Of a DNA stretch of 64,000 nt, positions 40,804 to 49,861 are shown piece by piece (position 1 is the first letter of the stretch; every line of letters starts with the position of its first letter). A program made the translations under genes and the position numbers. The notes beneath the pieces are model-generated. The model had not been told where the DNA came from, did not search any database, and worked only from the letters and a program-made list of their open reading frames with translations. This stretch comes from Eubacteriales bacterium (GTDB lineage: Bacteria; Bacillota; Clostridia; Oscillospirales; CAG-272), in NCBI GenBank assembly GCA_045594705.1, contig JAZNZB010000033.1:317-64316 (forward strand), in the 5' to 3' direction.

Positions 40804-41144
40804 AGGATGAAAGTTTCGCTCGAGCCTTTTCAAAGGCTCGCGGGATCCAAGGGCAGAGCCCTTGGTGGCGCCCGCAGGCGCGAAACATTCTCGGCGTTTC
40901 TTTTTTGTGAACTTTTTTCTTTGCGCCCGCGGTGTCAAAGAAAAAAGTGGGTGAAGGGTTAGTATGTGTTACATTAAGAGGATCCTCTCCGTTCTTTTTG
41001 AGCAAGGAGCTGCAAAGAAAAACATATTTGCTGCGCAAATTAAACAGCGTTTAGGATTATTTCGCGCCTGCAGGCGCGACTTGGGGCGCTGCCCCAAGCC
41101 CCCGCGACCTTTTTGAAAAAAGGTCGATCAAAAACTTTCATCCT
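40804..41144. mobile_element. MITE-like repeat, copy B (about 341 bp) with terminal inverted repeats of about 85 bp
   Basis: The left end is AGGATGAAAGTTT... . The right arm (41050-41144) is the reverse complement of copy A's left arm: GCGACCTTTTTGAAAAAAGGTCGATCAAAAACTTTCATCCT. Confidence 0.6.
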
Positions 41145-41214
41145 GTGGAGGTGATCCGTTGGGGGGCGGTAAGTGAAACTTTTATCTTGTCTTGGCTCTT
41201 CCTCAACAAAACAA

Positions 41215-41248
41215 GGGCTGTCGCTTTCGCGACAGCCCCATTTTTTTG
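41215..41248 (-). terminator. bidirectional intrinsic terminator closing the seven-gene operon
   Basis: GGGCTGTCGCtttcGCGACAGCCC has T-rich runs on both sides (plus-strand CATTTTTTT; minus-strand TTGTTTTGTT). Confidence 0.7.
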
Positions 41249-41267
41249 TTTTTCTCTTCCCTGCAAA

Positions 41268-42377
41268 TTATTCTGCGGTCAGACCCGAACGCTCAATACC
41301 TTCAACACGGTATCTCTGTCCGAACAGATACAGAATGATCAGCGGTGCGATAATGCACAAGCCGCAGGTGTTACGAATTGCCGCGTAATACAGGCTCTGG
41401 CCCGCATAGTCGGTCTTGAGCGACTTGGGAATGTCAATGATGTCAGGCATCAGTACCGTCTTGGTGGTCGTGAAGAACAGCTCCGTATAGAAGTTGTCGG
41501 TCCACTGCCAGCAGAACGAGAACAGGAATACCGTGATCAGCATAGGTACGGACATGGGCAGAACGATCTGAATGAAGGTTCTGAAGTTGCCTGCACCGTC
41601 AATGTACGCAGATTCCTCCAAAGAGTCCGGAATGCCGCGGAAGAACTGTCTGAGCATGAAGATGTACAGACCGTTCTTGAACGCAAGGCCGGTTGCGGAC
41701 AGCACCAGGAGAGGTACGTATGTGTTGCACAGGTTCCAACCACTCGATGTCCAGAATTTCCAGGAGTTGGGGATGATATCGATCACACCCTCCAGGAAGG
41801 TGAAGCCAAAGATATTGAGGCTACCGCCGGACAGGAATCCGAAAATTCCGAGGAAATCGAAATAACGGAACTTCATGAACAGGGAGAGCTCCAGCGTCTG
41901 GTGAGGCACGATCATGGTCAGCATAACCAACAGGAAGATGATGCCATTACCCTTGAACTTATACTTGGCAAAGCCGTAGCCGATGGTGGCACAAATGAAG
42001 GTCTGGATCAGTGCGCAGCTACCGGAGAGCAGAAGCGTATTGCCAAATGCTTCCCAATAGTTGAGCTCGGTCAAAACGCCTTTGTAAATATCCAGCGACC
42101 AGTTCTTGGGGATCAGACGTACGGTTACGTCTACGAAATCCTCGGGAGCCATGAAGGAGCCGGCAATCTTGGTGAAGAACGGGAACAGAACTACGTAGGA
42201 AATACCTACGAGCAGTACCAGTCTGAACACAAACCAGACTACCTTAGTGAGGAAGAAGAAGCTGATGTACTTTTCCTTGAAACGCGTCTTAGCGTCGGTT
42301 CTTTCGAACTCAACCTTGATGCGTCTTTTGCTTTCTTTTAAGACCTTAGGCTTATCTTGCAAATTTTGTGCATTCAT
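41268..42377 (-). CDS. carbohydrate ABC transporter permease (MalG-like, pair 2) with a basic N-terminal extension and an enlarged extracytoplasmic loop
   Basis: 369-aa polytopic ORF with an EAA-loop region LEESAYIDGAGNFRTFIQIVLPM and an AAGGAGG RBS. Confidence 0.85.
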   Translation of the reverse strand: MNAQNLQDKPKVLKESKRRIKVEFERTDAKTRFKEKYISFFFLTKVVWFVFRLVLLVGISYVVLFPFFTKIAGSFMAPEDFVDVTVRLIPKNWSLDIYKGVLTELNYWEAFGNTLLLSGSCALIQTFICATIGYGFAKYKFKGNGIIFLLVMLTMIVPHQTLELSLFMKFRYFDFLGIFGFLSGGSLNIFGFTFLEGVIDIIPNSWKFWTSSGWNLCNTYVPLLVLSATGLAFKNGLYIFMLRQFFRGIPDSLEESAYIDGAGNFRTFIQIVLPMSVPMLITVFLFSFCWQWTDNFYTELFFTTTKTVLMPDIIDIPKSLKTDYAGQSLYYAAIRNTCGLCIIAPLIILYLFGQRYRVEGIERSGLTAE

Positions 42378-42392
42378 TCTTTCCTCACCTCC

Positions 42393-43376
42393 TTAATCTC
42401 TTCTTTGATAGAATACGTAAGACGAGAAGATCAGAGCTACCAGCGATACGATCGCAATAACGATCAGGAAGTACATCCAGGACATCGCACTCGCAACAAC
42501 GTCGCCGTCAGCTGCGGAGCTCTTGACACTCTTGATAAACGACATAACCGAGTTGGACTGCGTTGTGAACGCGTCAACGATGGTGTAAACGCCGTTTACA
42601 AGGATCATCGGGCTGATCATGGGGAACGTGATCTTCCAGAAGGTTTCCCATGCGGTTGCACCGTCTATACGGCACGCTTCATAGATTGCGGGAGAAATGG
42701 ACTGCAGCGCGGACAGGAAGATCAACATCTGTACGCCGGAGCGGTTTACGATATCGTAAATGTTGTTGATCCAGGTCAACGCCGTTTCCATAAGTCCCGT
42801 ACCGACCTTCATATTTGAGAACAGTCGCTCAATATCCACCGCTGTGACAATATTGTTTGCGGCACTTGAGCCGGAACCGTCGTCGATACCGCTTGCACTA
42901 TCCATGTAAGAGCCCAGAATGTTCTGTGCCTCAACGGTCTGCATAATACCGGTTGCAAGAATAACGGGGATAAAGAAGATTGCACGGAATGCTGCTCTAC
43001 CAACCATCTTCTGGTTGAGCAGAACTGCCATGAACAGCGAGAAAATGATAATTGCGGGAATGTCGAACGCCAATTCCTTCATACCCGACACAAGGACCTG
43101 TGCAAATTCGGGGTCTTCCAGAAGTGCATACGCATAGTTTTCAAATCCGACAGGGGTCAGCGAGTAACCGCCGCCCTGCAAGATATTGATCTTGAAAAAG
43201 CTGAGCTTTACAGAGTCGAAGATGACCGGCAGATAAATCAGGACAAAGCCGATCAGGAAAGGTAAAACGAAATACCAACCTACGCGTGACTTACGCTTAT
43301 CCAAGGAGGCGATTTTTCTCTTCTTGGGCGCAGACTTCTTAGACATGGTATTCTGAAGCTTTGCGTCATTTGTCAT
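42393..43376 (-). CDS. sugar ABC transporter permease (MalF-like, pair 2)
   Basis: 327-aa polytopic ORF with an EAA-loop IYEACRIDGATAWETFWKITFPM and a GGGAGG RBS. Confidence 0.85.
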   Translation of the reverse strand: MTNDAKLQNTMSKKSAPKKRKIASLDKRKSRVGWYFVLPFLIGFVLIYLPVIFDSVKLSFFKINILQGGGYSLTPVGFENYAYALLEDPEFAQVLVSGMKELAFDIPAIIIFSLFMAVLLNQKMVGRAAFRAIFFIPVILATGIMQTVEAQNILGSYMDSASGIDDGSGSSAANNIVTAVDIERLFSNMKVGTGLMETALTWINNIYDIVNRSGVQMLIFLSALQSISPAIYEACRIDGATAWETFWKITFPMISPMILVNGVYTIVDAFTTQSNSVMSFIKSVKSSAADGDVVASAMSWMYFLIVIAIVSLVALIFSSYVFYQRRD

Positions 43377-43394
43377 GTTCTACACCTCCCTTTC

Positions 43395-46300
43395 TTACTG
43401 CATCACAACAACGTAGCCGTATGCGGGAAGGGTATAAAGCAGACCCTCGTACTCAATGCTTACGGAGAAGTTGTTGTAGTTGAGAATAATGGACTTATAA
43501 GGATCGGCGTCAACACCGTTCTTGCCACCGTAGGTGACGACAACGATAGAGCCTTCCTCAACCGCATACTTGTCAAATTCCTCTTCCTCTTCCTCATCGG
43601 TTGTGCCGGAGGAGGAGCCGGGAGGAGTGACACGGTTTGCGATGTCCTCTTCGGTAATATAGTCCTTAACCAGCGCCTTAACAGCCTCGAAAGTGCTGTA
43701 TGCGTTGTCGGAGAATGTTGTAAAGGAATCCTGAGTGAAATCAAGATCAACCTTTGCGGGCATCTCGCTCAGAGTTTCCTCATAATCGGATACCTCGCAC
43801 AGCTTGGTAACTGCATAGTACTTAGCAAGGTTAACAAGATCTGTGTTGTACAGCTTGGAATAGTCATACTCGAAGTGGCACAGTGCACTGATCTCTGCCT
43901 TCTGATCGTCGGTCAGCTCGCAAGCCTTCAGAATTTCAGCGTAAGCAGCAGTAACTTCCTTGTTGTAGGTCTCGGTTGCCTTTGCGAAGGTGGACTCGAT
44001 CTTTTCGATCGCTGCCTCGCTCTCAGCGATAGCAATATCCTCTTCATAATCAGCCTTAGCCTTAGCAAACTTCTCTTCAGCTGCTGCAAGGTCCGCATTC
44101 AGAGTTTCAAGATTTGCTTCAATTGCTTCATTCACGATCTTCTGGATCAGAGCTTCAACAGCTGCTACGTCCTCGCTTACGGAGTAAGTAGCCTGGTCCT
44201 TCTTGTATCTGTCCTTGAGAATGGTAAAGTCTGCGCCATTGATAAACAGATCCGTGGTGTTTCTGTACTCTTCAGCCTCAGCAATCAGCTCGGGAAGCAT
44301 GCCCTCGGTCGCGCTGATGATCTCTACTGCCTTCTTGGCATTTTCAAGATGCTCGGAAACCTGGTTGAGCGCGGTCTTTGCCTTTGCGTAGTAGTTGTAA
44401 ATGTTTACGATGTCGTTCAGACGTCTGTTTCTGGTGGTGGTGTATCTGCTTCGTGCACTTCTGTAGTCCAGATACTCCTGATACTTATCGTATTCCTCGG
44501 TTCCCTCTTCTGCATCCGAATACTCTGCATATGCTTCGTAGTCGATGCCGGTTTCCAGATATACGTCGTATGCAGCCTTGTACTCAGCAAGAGCTTCACA
44601 GTCTGCTACGAAGGGTGCGTACATATCATTTGCCTGCTTGAATGCAGCTGCTGCATCGTCCAGAGCGGCCATAGCAGCTTCAGCTGCTTCTCTTGCCTGC
44701 TTTCTCGCAATGCTGACTGCCTGCTTATCCTTGAGTGCAAGTACTTCGCCTGCATTTTCTTCAGAATAGAAGTAATCGTTGAGTACTGCCTCAAGATCGG
44801 CCAGCAATTCATCGCTGTCGGGAACACGGGTACCGGTCCAGAATTCATGATCAATGATCAGCTTATCCTGAACGTCGCCCAGCACGCTGTTGAGCTCATC
44901 ATACATCTCGATCACGTCATCCTTCCAGATGTCGTAACGTACGGAGTAGTAATGGCTGAGCAGCTGGTAATCCTTGAGGTTCTGGGTATTGCGGTAGGAC
45001 AGGATGTAATAAGGAGATGCGCCGTTCTCAATTGCCTTGAGCATTGCATACTGGATATTACCTTCCATGTTCATGGGAGAACCGGTGAAGTTGATGTAAC
45101 CGTGCAGTACAACGCCCACGAAAGGAACTGCATGTGCTGCATCGTTGTTACGGCTGGAGTCAAGAGAAACGTCCAGCAGGTGGTCAAGGAACTTCCATGT
45201 GAATGCGTTGCCGCCTTCGCTCATCAGCTCGATCTCTTCGCCCTGGTTATTCTTCATGCCGGAGAGATACTCAAGCGCAGTGGCTACGAATTCCTTGGAG
45301 TCCTCGCGGTTGTAAGGATCATCCTCGTCAAAGTCGGAGTTCAGGGTGTTACCCAGAGTACCGACCGAGATACCGTTGATGTTATCGTACTTCAGATAGT
45401 TCTTTGCCAGCTTCTCATAGAACTTGTTGAAGCTTGCGGGAGAGATTGCCATCTGATAGTGGCTGACGTGCTTCTGCTCGGTTGCAGAATATTCACGGTA
45501 GCTTGCATAACGGTCGTCGATGGTTCTGACTGCGTGCCAACGCAGGGATACACCGTCAAATGCCTCGGAATAGTTGATGTAGGAGAAGTCGAAGTCCGGG
45601 AAAATACCGAAGTTGTTGCCCTCGGTCTTATTGACTTCGTTTGCGTAGTTGACAAGCTCCTGGAAGCCATCCTTACCGCCAACTGCCTTTTCCCACTTCA
45701 GCTTGGAGGGTACGATGGAATTCATACCGCCGTTTGCATAACCGGTGAGCTTGAAGTTGATGTTGGTAACGCCCTCGGCTGCCAACTCATCATACATGGT
45801 CTTGACATCCTCAAAGGTTGTCAGAGGAGTCATAACGTCCACAGGAATGGACATGATTCTTTCGGTGGTCTCAAGAGCACCGGAGGTCTCGATGTACAGA
45901 GGGATATCGTCCTCGACGTCCTCTGCGGTCAGTCTTGACAGGTAGTTGTTGCGATCCAGATAATCTCTGTATGCAAGTGCCATGCCCAGCCAAGAGGTCT
46001 CATAGTAGTCCTCTACGCCCTTTTCTGCAGCGAGATCACTGTCAGAAAGCATCACGTAACGGATCTTGTAGTTACCTACGTACTTTCTCTCACTGACGAC
46101 CGTCCAGGTAGCGTCCGAACCTACCGAAATGGAGTCCTGCAGGTTGTAGGAGTCGCTGGGTCTGGGGTTGAATACCATCTTGATGGTATTATAGTCACTG
46201 AGCGAACCCGCGTGATAGGTCATGATGTCGGTCAGCGCGTCGCCCTCTTCCATGATAGCAACGTAACCGCGGTCAACTTCTCTCTTGACGACCTCATTTG

Positions 46301-47660
46301 CACTGTTGCCAATGATAGAGCCGAATTGCTGTACCAGTGCAGGAATGGAGTCCTGTGCGCCGGAAGCAGTAGAGTTGAACTTGTTGACCTGATCCACGAT
46401 AGAACCGGAAAGGGTTGTCGTTTCCTTTACCTGCTCGCCGGTCTCAGCATCTTCTACGGTCTTGATGTAATCGTAGTAAACGGAGTTTTCAACAACGCCG
46501 AATACAGGATATCTGATCGCCTGCTGATAAGTACCGGTAATGGTGTGGTATGCATAGTCAGTACCGTAGACCTTACCTCTAACGGTTCTGGTCTTGGTAT
46601 CCTCTACGTCGTCAAACTCATACAGAGAGCCTGCGCCGTCGGGATAGAAGGTATAGCCGTCGTATGCACTGTTGCCCGCGCCCATGTAAGGCAGAACCTG
46701 AATGGACTCAAGCTGATAGAGAGATTCGTTGAAGCGGATACCGTTCGCGGGAAGTCTTACGGTCATGCCGTGCTCATCCAGCGTGTACTCCAGTGCCAGC
46801 TTGAACAACGGAGGGTTCTTATCCTGGCTTTCGTACTCGGTTTCTGCATGGTCAGCATCCAGTTCCTCGTAGGTGTACTCGGGGCAGTAGGTCTTGATGT
46901 AGCCCTCGATCTTATTCTTCTCGGTCTCGGATGCGTTCTGGTCGAATACGTAAACGTCCATCTTTTCTACGATGGGGAACGCATCGATCAGCTCGGCACG
47001 GCCTCTTTCGGACAGACCCTCAAGAGAGAGCTTGAGGTAGTAAGCAGTCAGCTTGCTGTAGTCGAACTCGGAAATGCCGTTTTCAAGTGCCTTAGCACAG
47101 ATCACTTCTTCAAAACGCTCAACACTGATCATACCGGGAACAAGCTTTCTTGCCTGTTCTCTACCCAGCGTGTACTGCACGCGGATACCGTTCTTGATGC
47201 GCTTGACAATGATCTGATCCTTCAGAGCTGCCATTTCGTAGCTCACGAAGACAGGGGACGTATTGTTATCGGTATACTGAATGATGATCTGCGAGAGCAG
47301 CTCATTCTTGGTGTTGGTAGAGCCCAACGTGGAAGTACCGATATCATAGGGGTTGGTGAACAGGATCTCTTCGGTCTTGATGTTTCTGTATGCAACCTCA
47401 CCTGTAAAGGTATCAACGTACAGCTCGTAGTTGCCCTTGGTCAGGTAAAGCTCCATAGTTTTAAGCTTTTCCTGGGGATTTGTGAACACCAGAGTGGTGT
47501 AATCGATGGTCTCTTCCTCTTCTTCCTCTTTCTTGTCAGTGGTACCTGTTCCGGTATCCTCTTCAGCAGCGGATGCTCCGAAAACAGACAGCACTGTCAA
47601 GGAACCCAGCATCAACAGTACAGCTAAGAGTAAAGAGATAAATTTTGTTTGGATTTTCAT
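43395..47660 (-). CDS. 1421-aa secreted protein: DUF5696-like large globular region, an Ala/Glu/Lys/Tyr-rich coiled-coil region of about 370 aa, and a small beta-rich C-terminal domain
   Basis: The signal peptide is MKIQTKFISLLLAVLLMLGSLTVLSVFGASA/AEE, and a GGAGGGAAAGG RBS lies upstream. There are poly-Glu tracts near both ends. The family name comes from recollected sequence character and gene context, not from a search. Confidence 0.65.
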   Translation of the reverse strand: MKIQTKFISLLLAVLLMLGSLTVLSVFGASAAEEDTGTGTTDKKEEEEEETIDYTTLVFTNPQEKLKTMELYLTKGNYELYVDTFTGEVAYRNIKTEEILFTNPYDIGTSTLGSTNTKNELLSQIIIQYTDNNTSPVFVSYEMAALKDQIIVKRIKNGIRVQYTLGREQARKLVPGMISVERFEEVICAKALENGISEFDYSKLTAYYLKLSLEGLSERGRAELIDAFPIVEKMDVYVFDQNASETEKNKIEGYIKTYCPEYTYEELDADHAETEYESQDKNPPLFKLALEYTLDEHGMTVRLPANGIRFNESLYQLESIQVLPYMGAGNSAYDGYTFYPDGAGSLYEFDDVEDTKTRTVRGKVYGTDYAYHTITGTYQQAIRYPVFGVVENSVYYDYIKTVEDAETGEQVKETTTLSGSIVDQVNKFNSTASGAQDSIPALVQQFGSIIGNSANEVVKREVDRGYVAIMEEGDALTDIMTYHAGSLSDYNTIKMVFNPRPSDSYNLQDSISVGSDATWTVVSERKYVGNYKIRYVMLSDSDLAAEKGVEDYYETSWLGMALAYRDYLDRNNYLSRLTAEDVEDDIPLYIETSGALETTERIMSIPVDVMTPLTTFEDVKTMYDELAAEGVTNINFKLTGYANGGMNSIVPSKLKWEKAVGGKDGFQELVNYANEVNKTEGNNFGIFPDFDFSYINYSEAFDGVSLRWHAVRTIDDRYASYREYSATEQKHVSHYQMAISPASFNKFYEKLAKNYLKYDNINGISVGTLGNTLNSDFDEDDPYNREDSKEFVATALEYLSGMKNNQGEEIELMSEGGNAFTWKFLDHLLDVSLDSSRNNDAAHAVPFVGVVLHGYINFTGSPMNMEGNIQYAMLKAIENGASPYYILSYRNTQNLKDYQLLSHYYSVRYDIWKDDVIEMYDELNSVLGDVQDKLIIDHEFWTGTRVPDSDELLADLEAVLNDYFYSEENAGEVLALKDKQAVSIARKQAREAAEAAMAALDDAAAAFKQANDMYAPFVADCEALAEYKAAYDVYLETGIDYEAYAEYSDAEEGTEEYDKYQEYLDYRSARSRYTTTRNRRLNDIVNIYNYYAKAKTALNQVSEHLENAKKAVEIISATEGMLPELIAEAEEYRNTTDLFINGADFTILKDRYKKDQATYSVSEDVAAVEALIQKIVNEAIEANLETLNADLAAAEEKFAKAKADYEEDIAIAESEAAIEKIESTFAKATETYNKEVTAAYAEILKACELTDDQKAEISALCHFEYDYSKLYNTDLVNLAKYYAVTKLCEVSDYEETLSEMPAKVDLDFTQDSFTTFSDNAYSTFEAVKALVKDYITEEDIANRVTPPGSSSGTTDEEEEEEFDKYAVEEGSIVVVTYGGKNGVDADPYKSIILNYNNFSVSIEYEGLLYTLPAYGYVVVMQ

Positions 47661-47690
47661 ATAAATTACCTTTCCCTCCTATCTGTAGCG

Positions 47691-49844
47691 TTACATGCGG
47701 TACTGCAGCTCGGTAACGATGTTGGTACCCAAGGATACCAGCTTACCGACCAGCGTGGAGAACAGGATTGCGATGAACATGATAAATACCATGCCAAGCA
47801 CCGTTCCCAAAATCGTGATGGTATTCTTTACGATGGAGTAGTCGTGTGTGACCTGAGTGCCGAAGAAAATCAGCACGCCCATCCACAAAAAGGCAATGGT
47901 GGTCACCAGAGTAATCAGCTCAACCTCGGTCTGAATTGCGAAGTTGGAGTAAATGGTTGCGGGGATAACCAAAAGCGGGATAGGCATCATACTATAGGAG
48001 CATGCGATGTAGATATCCTTGAAGCTGCCTTCACCTTCAAACAGGGTGGTCAAGCACCAGTTTGCGGTGATGAACAGGAACAGAGGTACCAGCACCGAGA
48101 TTGCCTGGCCCCAGATGGTGGAATACGTGTTGTAGGGATTGAGCAGGTAGCCCTGACCGATCGACTGATAGAAGAAGGTCAGAATGACGATCAGGTTGAT
48201 GGTGAGTGCTCCGCGCAGCGAGCCGCGACGCTCGTGCTTGAGATCCCAGAAGCCATCAAACGGATGCAGCATGATATAGAATGCATACAGCAACTCTTCC
48301 CAATAGGTTCTTCTCTGGTCTGCCTTCTTGATTCTCTTGTTGACCTTGGTGATGTACTTGGATACCAGCACCAGTACAATGATGGCAGCAAGAATGCCGA
48401 TCAGAAGGAACAGGAAATAGTCGGACATGAACTCCTTACGGATATCCTTATAGGAGGTGGACCAGTTCAGTGTATCGTAAGCTGCCTCGAAGTACTCCAG
48501 CGACTCCTCGAATTCACCGTTACGGTACATAGCCTGACCGATACCGATGTAAGCTGCGTCGAAGTTGGAGTTTCTCTTAAGCACGTCGGTCCACAGATTG
48601 ATCGCCTCGGTGTAATCCTGGCGGTTCTCTGCTGCAATTGCGTCCAGCAGTACGTCACCGTACTCGGTACGCTCAAAGACCGTGATGGTATCCTTATCCT
48701 TATCCAGGATCAGCATGGTGTCGCCCTGGTAGCAGATTGCTTCAATACTGGAAACGTTACCCAGCATGTTGCCTTCCTTATCACCAAACGCGAACAGAAG
48801 GTTACCGTCAAAGTCGTAGGTGTAGATCTTACTACGCTTTTCGTCGATGATGGACCAGGTCTGCTCAGGACCGCTTGCTACGTCGATCAGCGTGGAAACG
48901 CCGGTGGGAACGCCCTTGCTGGCGTCGGTGGATCTTGCACCGAAAATGTCAATTTCACCGGAAGGCGGATAGAAGCCGTTACGGCGCATGATCTCGTCAC
49001 CTGCCTGGTTGAGCAGCTTGACGGGTGCGTATTTACCGGTCTTATCCTTGGCTCTAATGGTATTCATAACCGAGCCTTCATCGATGGTAGAGGTGGTTAC
49101 GTAAATGAAGTCACCGTTGAGCGCGATGTTGTTGTACTCTGTAGCCACATAGGTTTCGGAGTTTTCTCTCTGCTCTTCGGTCTGGAAGCGTCTCCAGATG
49201 ATATCCCATGCCGAAATGGTTACAGCCTGAGCACCGATAAAGCCGGTGAACTCACCGCTGCTGGTCATCACGATGATACCCTGATAGGTAGTCGAGGATA
49301 CCACGTACAGCTTTTCGTACTTGTCTACTGCGATTGCAACCGGCTTATATACCGAGTTGTCATCAAACAGCGGGCTTTCGGGCTCTTCGATTACGCGGTC
49401 GAAGTTACCCTTTCTGTCGAACACCACGATACGGTTTGCACCGGTATCGCATACCCAGATGTACTTGTCAGAAACGAACAGACCCTGGGGTGCACTCAGG
49501 CTGTCCATAACGCCCTGTCCGTTACGGAAGGTCGAAATGGTGAACTTGAGCTTGTAGTAACGGTCCAGCACGACGATACGGTTGTTTGCGGTATCCGCAA
49601 TATATACGTTCTGCTGGTCGTCACAGATCAGGTCTCCGGGGTTATCGATCGGAACATCCAATCCCATGTAGGTGGAGTCAACCACTTTTTCAGCGGTATA
49701 TGCATCAGGTGAATACAGTGCATAGCCGTCGATGGAGTATGTGTAGGTCTGATATGCGGAGCTTGCCGAAGCAGGAAGAACCAGGCAGGAAGCAATCATC
49801 ATCACGGAGAATACTACACATATAATAGTTGTAATCTTTTTCAC
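47691..49844 (-). CDS. fusion membrane protein: extracytoplasmic NHL-repeat beta-propeller + TPR-like segment + C-terminal YIP1-family polytopic domain (GTG start)
   Basis: 717 aa. NHL repeats include NVYIADTANNRIVVLD and YIWVCDTGANRIVVFD. A TPR-like segment is AYIGIGQAMYRNGEFEESLEYFEAAYD. Then come a TM helix and HPFDGFWDLKHERRGS plus about 5 TM helices. GGAGG lies 7 nt before the GTG. Confidence 0.7.
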   Translation of the reverse strand: MKKITTIICVVFSVMMIASCLVLPASASSAYQTYTYSIDGYALYSPDAYTAEKVVDSTYMGLDVPIDNPGDLICDDQQNVYIADTANNRIVVLDRYYKLKFTISTFRNGQGVMDSLSAPQGLFVSDKYIWVCDTGANRIVVFDRKGNFDRVIEEPESPLFDDNSVYKPVAIAVDKYEKLYVVSSTTYQGIIVMTSSGEFTGFIGAQAVTISAWDIIWRRFQTEEQRENSETYVATEYNNIALNGDFIYVTTSTIDEGSVMNTIRAKDKTGKYAPVKLLNQAGDEIMRRNGFYPPSGEIDIFGARSTDASKGVPTGVSTLIDVASGPEQTWSIIDEKRSKIYTYDFDGNLLFAFGDKEGNMLGNVSSIEAICYQGDTMLILDKDKDTITVFERTEYGDVLLDAIAAENRQDYTEAINLWTDVLKRNSNFDAAYIGIGQAMYRNGEFEESLEYFEAAYDTLNWSTSYKDIRKEFMSDYFLFLLIGILAAIIVLVLVSKYITKVNKRIKKADQRRTYWEELLYAFYIMLHPFDGFWDLKHERRGSLRGALTINLIVILTFFYQSIGQGYLLNPYNTYSTIWGQAISVLVPLFLFITANWCLTTLFEGEGSFKDIYIACSYSMMPIPLLVIPATIYSNFAIQTEVELITLVTTIAFLWMGVLIFFGTQVTHDYSIVKNTITILGTVLGMVFIMFIAILFSTLVGKLVSLGTNIVTELQYRM

Positions 49845-49861
49845 GATTCTTACCTCCTGTT

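Noticed and set aside
37589-41038. Small ORFs inside the two MITE-like copies that give similar peptides (for example …FAPAGATKGSALG… and …GSKGRALG.ARRRET.SAFL…)
   Set aside because: The similarity is explained by repeated palindromic DNA. The frames are open on both strands, lack RBSs and differ by indels between the copies.
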